Shown: positions 51,650-64,000 of the stretch, piece by piece
Layout of the letters: each line of letters begins with the position of its first letter
Numbering within the stretch: position 1 is the first letter of the stretch
Assembly: GCF_964355755.1 (NCBI RefSeq)
Contig: NC_092673.1
Coordinates: 17,357,648-17,421,647 of the forward strand
Source of the DNA: Antedon mediterranea
Taxonomy: Eukaryota; Animalia; Echinodermata
Reading direction: 5' to 3'
Length of the DNA: 64,000 nucleotides
Notes under the pieces: generated by a model
The model's database searches: none
Seen by the model: only the letters and a program-made list of their open reading frames with translations
Told to the model about the DNA's origin: nothing
Position numbers and translations under genes: made by a program

Positions 51650-54600
51650 GTTTTACTGATTACCTGATACATTTACATTTAATGTTAAATGTAAATAAAT
51701 GAAACGAATATAGATACCGTAGTTAAACAAAATGGTAACAGATTCATTGACGTAATTATGTGTTTAATTGTTTTTTACTGATTACCGGATACAGTTAATG
51801 TTAAATGTAAATCTTTTTATAATGGTATAGTCCATACAAGTCGAGGTGGCCGAAAACGGCACCTGATCCTATTGTTTTAATGGCAGGGCTTTCTTAAGAA
51901 GGGCCTAGACCTAGACTTTTTTATTTAGCCAAGCTAGGCCTAGCCTACACAGACAGCCAATACGGCGCTAGGCCTACGCCCATAATACTAGTAACTAGGC
52001 CTAGCCTACTAGTTAGGTCTAGTAATAGTAATAAGACGATCAGAGAAACTTAAACCAATAGACGATTTTCGTGCTACGGAAGCCATCTTGCAGAATTAAG
52101 ATAATAAATGTTTGCTGATGTCTTTAATATGACTGTATAGCCCCCTGGACCAGACCAGATTAAATGTGAGATAACAAATTACCTACAGTCTTTAATATGA
52201 CTGTCTATAGCCCCCTGGACCAGTCCAGATCAAATGTGAGATAACAAATTAGGCCTATTATAAGAGATCTGTGGAGCCCAAAAGTCTTTAGTATGACTTT
52301 GAAGCCCCCAAAACGTTTTTTTCTTAGCTTTCACTCAATCACCATACTACTGTTATTGAGATTAAATAGTAAAGTTCATTAATAATGGATACAAAAGAAA
52401 CATATTGTGGTTTTGGTTTACAAGTTGAAATAATTAATTAGGCCAGACAAAATATATTGTTAAGTTACCACTCTTCCCTGATCTTTTTAGCCTCTTCTCT
52501 TTTTCTTTTCTGAGTGACAACAAAATAACTAACAATTACGATAAATCATTACATTTTATTTTACCAACAGGAACAATTTTATTGCATTAAATAGTTTCTT
52601 AAAGTTGAAAATATAGTGATTCATTTGTTCGTGTTTGAAGGAATTAGTATCACTTTATTTCAAGATGGTAGCATAAAACAATGTTGATGACCTATTAAAG
52701 CATAGTACTTTAGTAAAAGAAAAAAAAACGTCCTTGATGCTTAACAAAGTATTATATTTTTTGACCTTATAAACAGGTATTCTAAAATGTGAAACCTCAA
52801 TAATATATAGAGTATGATTTAAACACTAGCATTCGTTTCCTTTCTTTTTGAATAATTGAAGTTGTAAATGTTTTAACTTCCTGTTTTTGCAGTTAAATAT
52901 TTTGCAAGATTGTTTGAGGAAGTCAGTATTGTATTTGGTGAATATTCATTTATTTATGGTCAAACACAGTAAAATATTGTACATGGTTTGAAATTAATTT
53001 TGTTAAAAAAAAAATAAAAAAATCAGTTAAAAAGGTTAAAATTTGGTAAATACAGATAAAGCACTCATAAATTCAGATAAAATACATCATTTAAAATACA
53101 AAATACAAGTAAGATTGGTGTGTGTAAGGGAATAGCATAAAATGACTACTGTTTCCATGTTTCATTGAATTGCCTCATTGCAGTAGGGAGAAACAAGTTT
53201 CTCATCCTGTTGGTTTTCCATCTTGGGTACACTAAACGCCTTGACAATTGCTAAAAAATCACTCACCTGAACCGCATGAGCGCGCAGTAAGCTCTCTATT
53301 TGTTAGAGAAAGAAGATAGGGTTTTTAGTCAAAATAACGATTTAGATTTATCTGCCAATTGTGATATCGATGTTTCACAAATAAGTAGTATATTATGCTA
53401 TTGAAATTAGTAAATTTTAGGTCATAATTTATTATTTCAAGCCCAGCTAGGCCTTCCTCTAGTAAGCCAGCCTTCAATTTGGCGAAAACATGCAGCCTGT
53501 CCTCCACCAGGCTACGAACGAGATAGGCTAGTTTGTCTACCCTATATAGGCCTAATATCGTCAAATGGTCATGATTAGAATGTCAAATGTCCACAAAATA
53601 ATACTATTTATTTAGTATTCTTTCAAATAAATACAACTTGTAATGCAAACTTATGAACTAGAAAAAAAATGTTGTATTTTGTTTGTAATTAGTCTCTGAT
53701 TTTCTACATATTTAAATAACTGTACAGGAAGTAATATATAAAACATTACATTATTGCTTCAGGTGCTGAAGGGTTAAGGGGGTGATTTATTATTTATTAT
53801 TTTATTAGCTGCCTTCACTATCCAATCAATGTATATGTCATCTACTATAGTGTAATTAATTGTATAAACAGCCCCTTTAATTTAATGATATATTCAGCTT
53901 TCATCATCTATGCCATTTTCATCTATTCTATTTTCATCATCTATTCATCATTGATAGAAATTTCATTGATGCAATTTTCATCATAACCAATAACTTGCGT
54001 AAGCGAAGTTTCATAGATTCTGGTATCACCAAAATGTGTTCCGCTTGATGTTAATTAAAGTTTTCAGTTATGACATCGAAGAGAGCTTAGTTGTACAATC
54101 TTCATGGTAAATTCAAGCTAATTTACTACTGATGTTTATACTATGTACTGTATGCTGGTTTTGCATAAAATTGCATATAAGCAAGCTGCATCACTTTAAT
54201 CGTCCCTAGATAATTATACTAATTTATCTAAATAAATGATATTAAAGCTTGTTAATATTTTATTTATTATACCATAGTAAAAATTATTTTCACAGCATAG
54301 GTTTATCGTATTACTGTATGTTGACCAGGTTTATAAGATGTTCTATCCACAAATTTTAGAGAATGGCAGGCACTAAATCAACAGAAAAAAAAATAACATT
54401 GATAAAAAAAAAAGATTCTTGACAATCACAACAGGTTCAATGCAGATCACTTAACCTTAAAGAAGGCAAGACTGATTGAGGAAGTAATGTAATTCACAGA
54501 ATAAGGAAATAGGGTGTTGGCCCTTTGTATAACAATAAGCATCTTATAATAGGCAGCTTTATGATCGGACTGTGCAATTTTGAATGTAATGTTGTTTTAT

Positions 54601-55247
54601 CATGTATGTTTCTTTAGATTCAGTGTGTAAATGTGAGTTGTAATAGTATACTTATTTATTTCATTTTATAATTACTGTATTTTTACTTGTTGTAATTGTA
54701 CAATGATCGTTTAGTATCAAACAGTATTTATACAAATAATTAATGTTTTATATTCTAATGGTACAAACAATGGCATCTAGTGTTAATATGTCAACAAATG
54801 ACCAAACAATCCTAGGCCTATGCTAAAGCACCTATAGGCCTAGCTAGTAATAGCAATTGGCCTAGCAAGGTAGAAAGGCAGCAATTCTATTACGAAATTT
54901 CGACAAGCAACTGAAACTTATCTACTAATTCTAAAAACTAACTAAACAAGATTTCATGTCTTGTAGAGATTAAAAATTAAGAGATTAATTAATCAAAATC
55001 ATAAAAACAATCTAAAGCTATAAATTGAATTGCTTTTTTTGTCTAATTTAATACATGTATCTCAAACCTGCCAACTTTTTCAGTGGCCAATGCGTGAGAA
55101 TTAAATTGTATATAGCGCCCTCTATGTTATAATAACTTGAAAAACGCCCTGAGCTGTATGTTAAATTTTTCGCCGAATTGAGTTTGGCTTTCCTGTACTA
55201 CTGTACCTCAACCATAAAATACAAATAAACATAGGCTTTAATAGGCC

Positions 55248-56261
55248 GGTCAGTCTAATTACCGAAAACAACCGAAAACAACCAAAACAACTGAAAACAG
55301 CCATAAACAACCAAAAACAACCGAAAACAAACCGAAAACAAAATAAAATAATCTAAATACCGAAAACAAACCGAAAACAAAATAAAATAATCTAAATACC
55401 GAAAACAAATTTGTATATACATTTTTAATGTCGCCCTCTACTGAGTTAAGACCATGACAGAGAGAAGGTTGAGACCGCGTGCGCAAAAGCCAAGGAAGAC
55501 CCTACGAAATGGTAGTGTGCACAAAATACAACTAAAAATCGTACAATCAATCAATGATAACATCGCATTTACTTTACATACAGAATCTATGAAAATATTT
55601 TAATTTTAGTCATTTCGATTTTTGATCCAGAAACCAACGCATTTACTCCTCACAATAATTGTGAATACGTTAATCCATAGTATAGAAAGTAAATTGACTA
55701 TGGTTAATCATGATCAATTTAATTATAGATTATCAAAGATAATAATACAAAAATGATATTTTAAGAATATTGATAATATTAGAGACTTAATAAAGTATAC
55801 TTAAAAAATAAAACAAGCTCACGATAAAGGATTCAATAAAATCTATTCAGTAAAATTACTGTAGTCGAGTAAATAACGTTTTTATCCTTAATCACTTCAG
55901 TATAGTGACGAAAAAGCAAAGTTAGGTAAAATCATGCTTTGTTTTTGAAAATCTAAAGACTAAAAACGAAATGTGTTTATAGATTTTGGAAGTAAATATA
56001 GTCTATGGTGTATATCATTGAATTTGTACGATTTTTTTAAGTTGTATTTTGTGCACACTACCATTTCGTAGGATCTTCCTTGGCTTTTGCGCGTGTGGTT
56101 TTCTCTCTGTACGGTCTTAGCTTTAGAAACACTCATCAATAGAGAGCGACATTAAAAAAAATATTAATTTTTTATTTTGTTTTTGGTTTGTTTTCGATTG
56201 TTTTCGGTTGTTTTCGGTTGTTTTCGGTTATTTTCGGTTGTTTTCGGTAATTAGACTGACC
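55248..56261. mobile_element. Foldback / MULE-like element with long TIRs and 10-bp subterminal repeats
   Basis: GGTCAGTCTAATTACCGAAAA ... TTTTCGGTAATTAGACTGACC; inverted arms of about 250-300 bp; (ACCGAAAACA)n. No clear TSD. Confidence 0.7.
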
Positions 56262-56469
56262 CGCTTAGGCTATTTATGCTCAAATTAAATGAAATGTAGT
56301 CTTGGACTATTTTCCCTTCAAAATAGGCAAGTTAATTTCAAAATAATGTTTTTCTGAATATTTTTTTTTTGATGCGTAAGAAATAGCTACATATGCGTGA
56401 GGCATAACAAAATTGGACCTCATGTGTGAGACTCATGCATTATGCATAAGAGTTGGCAGGTGTACAGTA

Positions 56470-57210
56470 TACCATTTTCATCATCAATGCCATTTTCATC
56501 ATCTGCAATTTTCACCATCAATACAATTTTTACCATCAATATAATTTTCAGCATCGATACAATTTTCACCGTCAATACATTTTTCACCATCAATACAATT
56601 TTCGCCATCAGTACAATTTTCACCATCAATACAATTTTCACCATCAATTTAATTTTCAGCATCGATACAATTTTCACCATCAATACAATTTTCACAATCA
56701 ATACAATTTTTACCATCAATATAATTTTCACCATCAATACAATTTTCAATACAATTTTCACCATCAAAACAATTTTCACCATCAATACAATTTTCACCAT
56801 CAGTACAATTTTCACCATCAGTACAATTTTCACCATCAGTACAATTTTCAGCATCAATACAATTTTCACCATCAATACAATTTTCACCATCAATACAATT
56901 TTCACCATCAGTACAATTTTCACCATCAGTACAATTTTCACCATCAGTACAATTTTCACCATCAGTACAATTTTCACCATCAATACGATTTTCACCATCA
57001 GTACGATTTTCACCATCAGTACGATTTTCACCATCAGTACAATTTTCACCATCAATACAATTTTCACCATCAATACAATTTTCACCATCAATACAATTTT
57101 CACCATCAATACAATTTTCACCATCAATACAATTTTCACCATCAATACAATTTTCACCATCAATACAATTTTCATTATCTGTGCCATTTTATTGATGCAA
57201 TTTTCATCAT
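56470..57210. repeat. 18-bp minisatellite, about 40 copies
   Basis: Unit TTTTCACCATCAATACAA. Confidence 0.95.
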
Positions 57211-57657
57211 GATGATGATTAGGTTTAAAAAAGGTGGTAAAAAACGTTTTTTTGGAACCAGAGGCTTCCATTGGTACACCAAAGAGACGTAAAAAAATGA
57301 ATTCATAAAAAATGCAATATATAATATGTTATGTACCCAATATATCGTTTATTATTGTTCTGAAAAAATACTAAATAATAATGATATACATTCCAAAAAT
57401 TTATAAATTAACATATTTCTCAAATTTAACTAAAAATATTGGAATCTAATATCAAATAACCAGGCCGTTTATATTGTTAAGTTGGAATAAATTCCAGTTG
57501 ATAAAGTAATTGTTAACAATAACTAAATATGAATATCAATCAATATGTTATTACAAAATAGACAAAAAAATCATTATAAGAATGAACATTTAAAAATAAA
57601 TCACTTTGGGAATTGACAATTTAATAATTATCATTGTCAAATTGACCTTATAATATA

Positions 57658-58530
57658 CTAGCAATTTTACCCGCCCGAGGTTTCAAACTTAGTTTAAAGC
57701 CTTCTCAGTACATAACACCCGACTCCAGTATCTCCCTATACTCACCAACCCCCACCCCTCTTCAATAACACCCCACACTCTTTTTTTTAAAAAATAAATT
57801 CTTCCCCCAACAAATTCAATTCAACTTTAGCTTCAAAATTAGAGGGGTATACATAGCTATGATATGCCTATGGTTTAAGTACGTTGTAAACTGTGAATGA
57901 ATAGGTGTCATATTGGCTGATAATTAAAATATCTAATTTTGGTATTGTGTCTCCCCCCCCCCCCCCGCCTTCTTTCTTTTTTAGCCATCCCAGCCACAAT
58001 TAACTAACCTTAACTCTAGCCCAGGACAGTTCAAATGTAGTAACTTCATTACGCCAGTATTTTGGCTCCCCCTCCTCCCTCCTCCCCTCCTCCTTCCCAA
58101 CACACCCCAGATACTGGGTGATGTGTTTAGACGGTTCCAGTACTAATAATGTTAGCCATCACTCCAACCCATAATCCCTCAGTGGCAGTTTTCAAATGTA
58201 GTTTAAAACGTTCCCAGTATAGTTTCAGTCATGGTGATAGGCCTACATCCTCACCCCAAACTCCCAGCCCCTTCCCAGTGATAATTAAAATACTTTAACA
58301 ATTTCCTACCACAATTCTGGTCAATTTTATAGCCTACCACCCCTACCCTAAGCAAAATCTCAACTATCCCCTGAACCCCAACTCTCACACCCTATCTCCC
58401 CACCCACCTCTCCCACTAAATCCCCGGACTTTTTGAAATGTAGTTTAAAACCTTCCCGGTACAATTGCGATCATTTTGATACCCCATATGTATGGTTACA
58501 TGCAGAAACAGAAATTTTTATAATGAACAA
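57658..58530 (-). mobile_element. Non-autonomous Helitron-like element (3' part)
   Basis: CTAG|T 3' end on the minus strand at 57658; homologous to 1-530 and 740-830; absent from the paralogous block at about 20930. Confidence 0.55.
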
Positions 58531-59767
58531 ACATCGAAAGTATTTTCACATTTAATTTTTCCTTTTCTCTTCATGTCAAGCAATTTCTGTTATTTTCTTC
58601 ATCACGTCTGTCTAATGAGTGAGTTCTCTCCTTTCAATTAGTTTAGTATGTAAACTTCAGATATTTGGGTAGTCTACAGGTAGGTTCTAGAATGTGTTTT
58701 GACATAATTTTAGTAAAAAGATAAATATATTGCCACATATGGTGTTTCATACATATGCTAATTTATCGATTATCGAAAAAAAAAATTGAAACGCTATCCG
58801 GTGGACTAACATAAAAAAGAGAATATTAACTACAGACTTGGGGCAAGTCGTCTAATATTTGGGCAACTAATCTTTGTTATATGGATGATTTTACCAGTGT
58901 ACAGAAACAATTTATATTGCATTAAATATTTTTTCTTTAGTTTAAAATGTATGTCAGTATAGCGATTCATTTGTTCATGTTTGAAAGAGTTGGTGTCAGT
59001 TTATTTCAAAATGGTAGCATAAATCAATGTCGATGACCTATTACAATATAGTACACTCTCCCTCCCCTGAAATTGACACTTAACAAGTATATAACTTTAC
59101 TTATTCAATTTAATTTTACAATCAATTGTGTCAATAATTAATGCATTTTAAGTTAAAGGCCAAAACTTGAATAGGGAAAGCTGATTTGTTTTGGTCTTTT
59201 TTGTCATAATTGTTAATGAAGTTTTTATTTTATATTTTTATATTATGAGAGTGACAAATAAAGTATTTACACAAATATATATATTTTGGCCTTATGTGTA
59301 CAATATAAATATAAAAAAAGATATTCTAAGTTTAAACACTCTAGTCGCTAGCATTACAACGAATATACAATTTATTTTTAATGAATTGTAAGGCAATTTA
59401 AAAAAAAATGTCCTAAATACTGTAGGGTAGTTTTTGCAGTTTAATAAGCATGACAGATTTGCTCCTGTATACTGAAATCCATTAAAGTGCTAGTGCCACA
59501 CTTTCGACAAATACGACATTTACTATTATCAGTATCAAGAATAATATATGTAGATACTGTGTTAAATTGAGTTTCAATAATAAATTGTTATATATATGAA
59601 AAAAAAAGCAATATGTGTGTCGTTATTTGGTCACGAAATGTTACCTTTCGACATTTGTATGTGACGTCACAGCCAGAACACCGACGATCGCGAGGAGGAA
59701 CTAACCTGCATCTTGCGCCTTATAACACACCCCGCGGCGATCACAACAAGCTTACTGAATATTTGTT

Positions 59768-60815
59768 ATGGATTCCGAAAGCGATTTAGAAAGTGTTTCA
59801 TCAGATAGACCTAGTAGTAGTAGTTCATCATCAAGTGATGAGGAAAATGGTACTGGCCTTATAATACCATATAATTTCGAACCACGTTTTGAGGAACATG
59901 AATTACAAGACATTGATGAAGAAGCCCAAGGTGAAGATGTTGACATGATGGCTGCACGCCTGGATAATTTAGAATGGTAGGTGTTCCCCTTGTGGTTGTT
60001 GTAGTGAAGCGTCTGCTTGATTGGGCTAGGCCTAATTAATCAATCGAAGCTAGAGCTACCTCAGTGTTTCTAAATTCTAAATATACAATCGGTTTTTTTT
60101 TTTCAAATTTTGTGAGATGCCATACGTTAATATAAAGTCCCCATCGTAATTTGTTTGATGATTATTAGATGGGTCGGATTTGGGACGGTGGTTTAATAAT
60201 AGGCTACTCCTTGGGCTTGGGTTTGGTTATAATAATAGATGGACTAGGCCTAAAGTATTAATATTAATATTCTGGTCATAGTTCAAATGGGCATTTGAAT
60301 TTCACTTGCTTGAGTGACTGCTGATATGATCAACTAATTATAATCATAATAATTAGTTTTATAATGACTAAATACATGTTTTCATCTTGTTCAGGTGTTC
60401 CTGTGAACATTGCCAAATCATGGGCTCAGGGGAAGAGTGCATCTGCTGCAAGGAGTGCGAAAACACAAGTGCTAAACTTGAAGACAATGTCAATCTGTTC
60501 AACAATGATGCTCCATTCTCCTGCATCACAAATCATCCAGGTTTCAAGTCTGTTGCTCTTGACCCTTGGGTGCTGGAAGTAGCATGGCTTTCGTATAAGC
60601 AACACTATGATAAGAAAGTTATCTATAACGGACCAAAAAACAAAAAGTACCGTCACATATCGTACAGACAGTATGCCCGATGGATACATGGATATGTCGG
60701 AAAAAATATCCGTATAGTGCTTCCGTCTTGTGTTGTCTCTTGCATAAGAGCACATTTCCCACCACCTGGAGATGACCCGGTGTTTACAGGATTTAAATTA
60801 CCTGACCTAAATTAA
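59768..60815 (+). CDS. KolX accessory protein (P2X7 C-terminal ballast-like Cys-rich domain), 2 exons
   Basis: Exons 59768-59976 and 60395-60815 (phase 2, giving W-CSCEHC). Motifs ECICCKE, CITNHPGF, YRHISYRQYARW, LPSCVV..IR..FP; acidic/Ser-rich N-terminus. Confidence 0.82.
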
Positions 60816-61090
60816 AACAGCCATAGCAGCATTTTAATTTTCTTATACTATTTAGTATTAGTTTAGTAATTTTTGGAAATTAAATAAAGTAATAATTTAT
60901 ACAATTTGTAACTCATTTTGATTTTATTGCTTCTCTCATTCATATACATCTCCAATACATTGTTATTGGGGAAAAAATGAAATAGTCTGAAAATACAGTA
61001 CATTGTGAATATTTCAACAATTTTATTATGTCTACAATAATATGCTGTGTTCAATTCATTTATATGATTAATAAACATGGTGTCAAGTTA

Positions 61091-63890
61091 TTACTGGTTT
61101 TTAAACCGGCTTGTATGTTGGGCAACTGCAGCACTTTTTTCAGGTCTTTCAAATGCTGCGCACAATGATGGTGGTATGGTCTCTGTAAATGCATCTAGAT
61201 TTGGTTCCATAACAATCTCAAGAAGACTCTTGAATAACTCATCAACATAATTATATGTACATTCTGTTAAAAGTTTTTTAACAATGTAACCCCCTTTCTT
61301 GTACTTAGGAAATGATATTACGTATTGCTTTTCTCCAGCCTTATTTACCATTTGTTCTCTGGTACTGTTCTCATTATAGTGAAGAGCAGCTATGAAAAGT
61401 CGACTCTTCATTCCACTATATGAAAAGTGGAACATTTTAGGAGCGAAATGATTAATAAGGCTATGGTACCCTTCCACTGATGACGTTTGCCCATGAGGTG
61501 AAGAATTGCGAATGTCCTTCACCAACATTTTGGTTTCAACAAATTTTTGTAAGGCATCACAAGCTTCAGTATCAGCAGTCAACCACTTTGTTAACCGTTG
61601 GTCTGAAGGAGACATTACCGGATGGGCACATTCCGTATATGGTTCAGGATGTCCAGTATGAAGATTTTGTACATGTCTTACCACAGACTTCCACTTTGCT
61701 TCAATGATATCTTTTTCATCAATGTTGGTGGACATTACACACCAGTAATAATGGTTAGAAATAGATTTTTGCCAATTACCTAAAAGGTTACACGATTTTT
61801 TTGTTGATATGGCCTTGATCTTTTTCTTAATACTTTTTGCAATGTGCCAGCAGTCAAAATAATGCTTAATGTCTGGAAAATTATCCCTTAAATATTTTTG
61901 TAGTTGTCTATGTCTATCGGAAACAATTGTACTTATATTTACTTTGAAATCTTTAAAGACATCCAATGTTTTTTGTAGACCCTTAAGTTCCATATGATAA
62001 GATGATTTAACATCACTACTCTGAACTAATTCAACATTCAAAATCTTATTTTCGGTCAAGTCAACTGATGTGTATGAACCATATTTTGCACTGTGGCCCA
62101 TACTGTCACAGCGTCCATCTACTCCAATAGCAGCGTCCATCTACTCCAATAGAAATATCCTTGCCCTGTAATTCAGCAAAGTGCTTATCCCTTTTAGAAA
62201 ACCAATTATTCCTTACAACTCTGTGTAAGAAATTTTGTTGGTGACGGAAAAAAGTACGTTTACTAATGGCGCTCACATTTATACTTTTTAGCGCTCTTAA
62301 AAATTGTGTGGGTGTTGAGCCAGAAAAAAGAATAGCCCCACTTAGTAGAATGTTACCCATTGGGGTACCTCTAGCTTCTGGCTGACTTTTCCACTCGCGG
62401 TTAGTGTGGCAACATAAGCATCTTATGTTTGCAATAAGCATGCTTCCCTTGTTACGACAACATACTTGAACTTTACTGGAAAAACAGGAAAGGCATATAG
62501 AAAGTAGCATCAGTAGGTGATTGTGAAAAACAATGTATTTTGGCTGTCTATGTGCATCCCCATTAAATCCTTTCATCTCATCATCTTCCATCTCTGTATC
62601 CTCACCATCTGAAACCGATACATCCTCTTCCGGTCGATAATCTGAATCGCTATCATCTTCTGTCGACTCATCAAAATCTTCATCATCTTCATCAGACGAT
62701 TGTTCTTTGTATGTTGGTTTGGCTTTTTTGGGTGCCACGACTTTAGCTTTGCTCATTTTTCTTCGCCGAACACGTTTTCTTTGCTTTCGTGTCTGTGTGC
62801 CTCTGGACACCATAAGAGGCTTATCGCATACACTTGCGAGCTCCTGTTCATCCTCTTCCTCATCCTCTGTTCCAGTAATAAGCTCCCTGATCACTCCCGC
62901 CTTTTCTCTTTTAACAAATGCTGACCTGTTGGAATGAATATTAATACTATTAATAATAAATATCAGACAAACCTAAACATTTTTTCTTTTATTTATTGAA
63001 TCTATTACACTAACCTCTGTGCTGTACACTCTTTGGCCACCTGACCACCATCGTCGGATGTCTCCCTCACAACATGTATTGTTGGTACCGCTGTTTTGGC
63101 ATTCAGTAAAAAAGCCTAAAAGTAGTGAGGAAACCGTTGTCTAATTAATATTAAGGGCAAAATAACGTAAGCAATATAATTATAATATAGTTGTTAGTTC
63201 CCACTTACACCGACAGGACATTCTCCTACTGAGCATAACAGTGTAGGCATTGACTAACCTCCATCGTGTTTGTACAGCATTCAGTAGTACTAATTAGGCC
63301 TGGCTAGGCTAGCCCTTATCCCATTATTATTAATGTAATAAGCCAAATACATAACAACTAGGTTAGGCCTAGTTGAGTTATCTGTGTGGTGTAGGCAAAA
63401 CTGTTATTACTATTACTTATTAATTACGTTAAGTTTATTTAAAGATAAACCAACATAAAGTAAATACTATACATATATATCAGGCGGAGCAACTGTACTG
63501 TATGTATGTACAGTAGTTTTAATGTTACTGCAAATTATGTGCCGGCCCGCCTAGAAGCTAGGCTTGGCCCAGCGGGCCCAGCAGGCCTAACAATAGCGAC
63601 GGCGAACGTATTTTATGCAGTTTTTGTTGAAGGTAAAATATTAAAAGTAAATTCATCTAATTAACAAATACTTACTTTGTAGCTAGACCAGCTTTGAATT
63701 GACCCATGTTTGTAAATGAATCGTCTGAAAAATGCTTAAAACAGAGCACTGATCGAGCTGTGGGTTTCCACTTATCGCGTTTTGTACGTACAAATCTTGT
63801 CCATTGCCTGGCGATGAAACTGTCCTTTGGCCACCGAAACAATAAGTTATTTTCATGATCACAATTCGCAGCAACACAGCGAGAAGGCAT
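61091..63890 (-). pseudogene. Kolobok THAP-domain DDE transposase, frameshifted
   Basis: Exons 63890-63676 (THAP: C-x4-C...P...W...CFKHF), 63115-63015 (AVPT box) and 62925-61091. Catalytic motifs DGRCDSMGHSAKYG, VSDRH, FDCWH, TSSVEGYHS. A 22-bp duplication at 62109-62152 shifts the frame, and the exon 1/2 phases mismatch at a T run. Confidence 0.85.
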
Positions 63891-64000
63891 ATTGATTTAT
63901 TATAATAGATAAATAAAAAAGTAGCTGACAATAATAATAGTTGAAAATAACAATTAGTACCAGTAGAAAGCAGTATACAGTATATATTATTAGTAGTAAA

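Larger units (their letters stand above)
59486..64000 (-). mobile_element. Kolobok-superfamily DNA transposon (other end outside window)
   Basis: TTAA at 59482-59485 followed by an AG terminus, exactly where homology with 21000-21676 stops; convergent THAP-DDE transposase and KolX genes. Confidence 0.8.

Noticed and set aside
56420-57292. MVKIVL / FHHQYN repeat proteins
   Set aside because: 18-bp minisatellite, absent from the paralogous block.
60387-60815. Host P2X7 purinoceptor gene
   Set aside because: No transmembrane or ectodomain exons; it lies inside a transposon opposite a transposase, so it is KolX.

Overview
AT-rich eukaryotic (metazoan, probably marine invertebrate) genomic DNA, dense in repeats. 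The main host gene is a roughly 20-coding-exon gene on the + strand (26637-44056, about 1258 aa), assembled by hand from splice sites and intron phases. It encodes an N-terminal TKL-type (MLK/ZAK-like) kinase, a Roc GTPase, a COR domain, two death-effector-like domains, a Ser/Gly/Ala linker and a C-terminal polybasic CaaX signal (GRKKKRRCKLL*). This is an unusual and possibly membrane-anchored Roco protein. The gene sits in a ~46.8-kb tandem segmental duplication, with promoter and first exon repeated at ~3.3 kb and ~50.1 kb. The right end holds a Kolobok-type DNA transposon: a disrupted THAP-DDE transposase and a convergent KolX gene similar to the P2X7 ballast domain. The rest is LINE fragments (CR1, L2/Crack-like, RTE, RTEX-like), MITEs of several superfamilies, Helitron-like elements and about a dozen minisatellite arrays. 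Some of these arrays interact directly with splice sites or transposon ends. Exon models come from manual reading and need RNA-seq confirmation.
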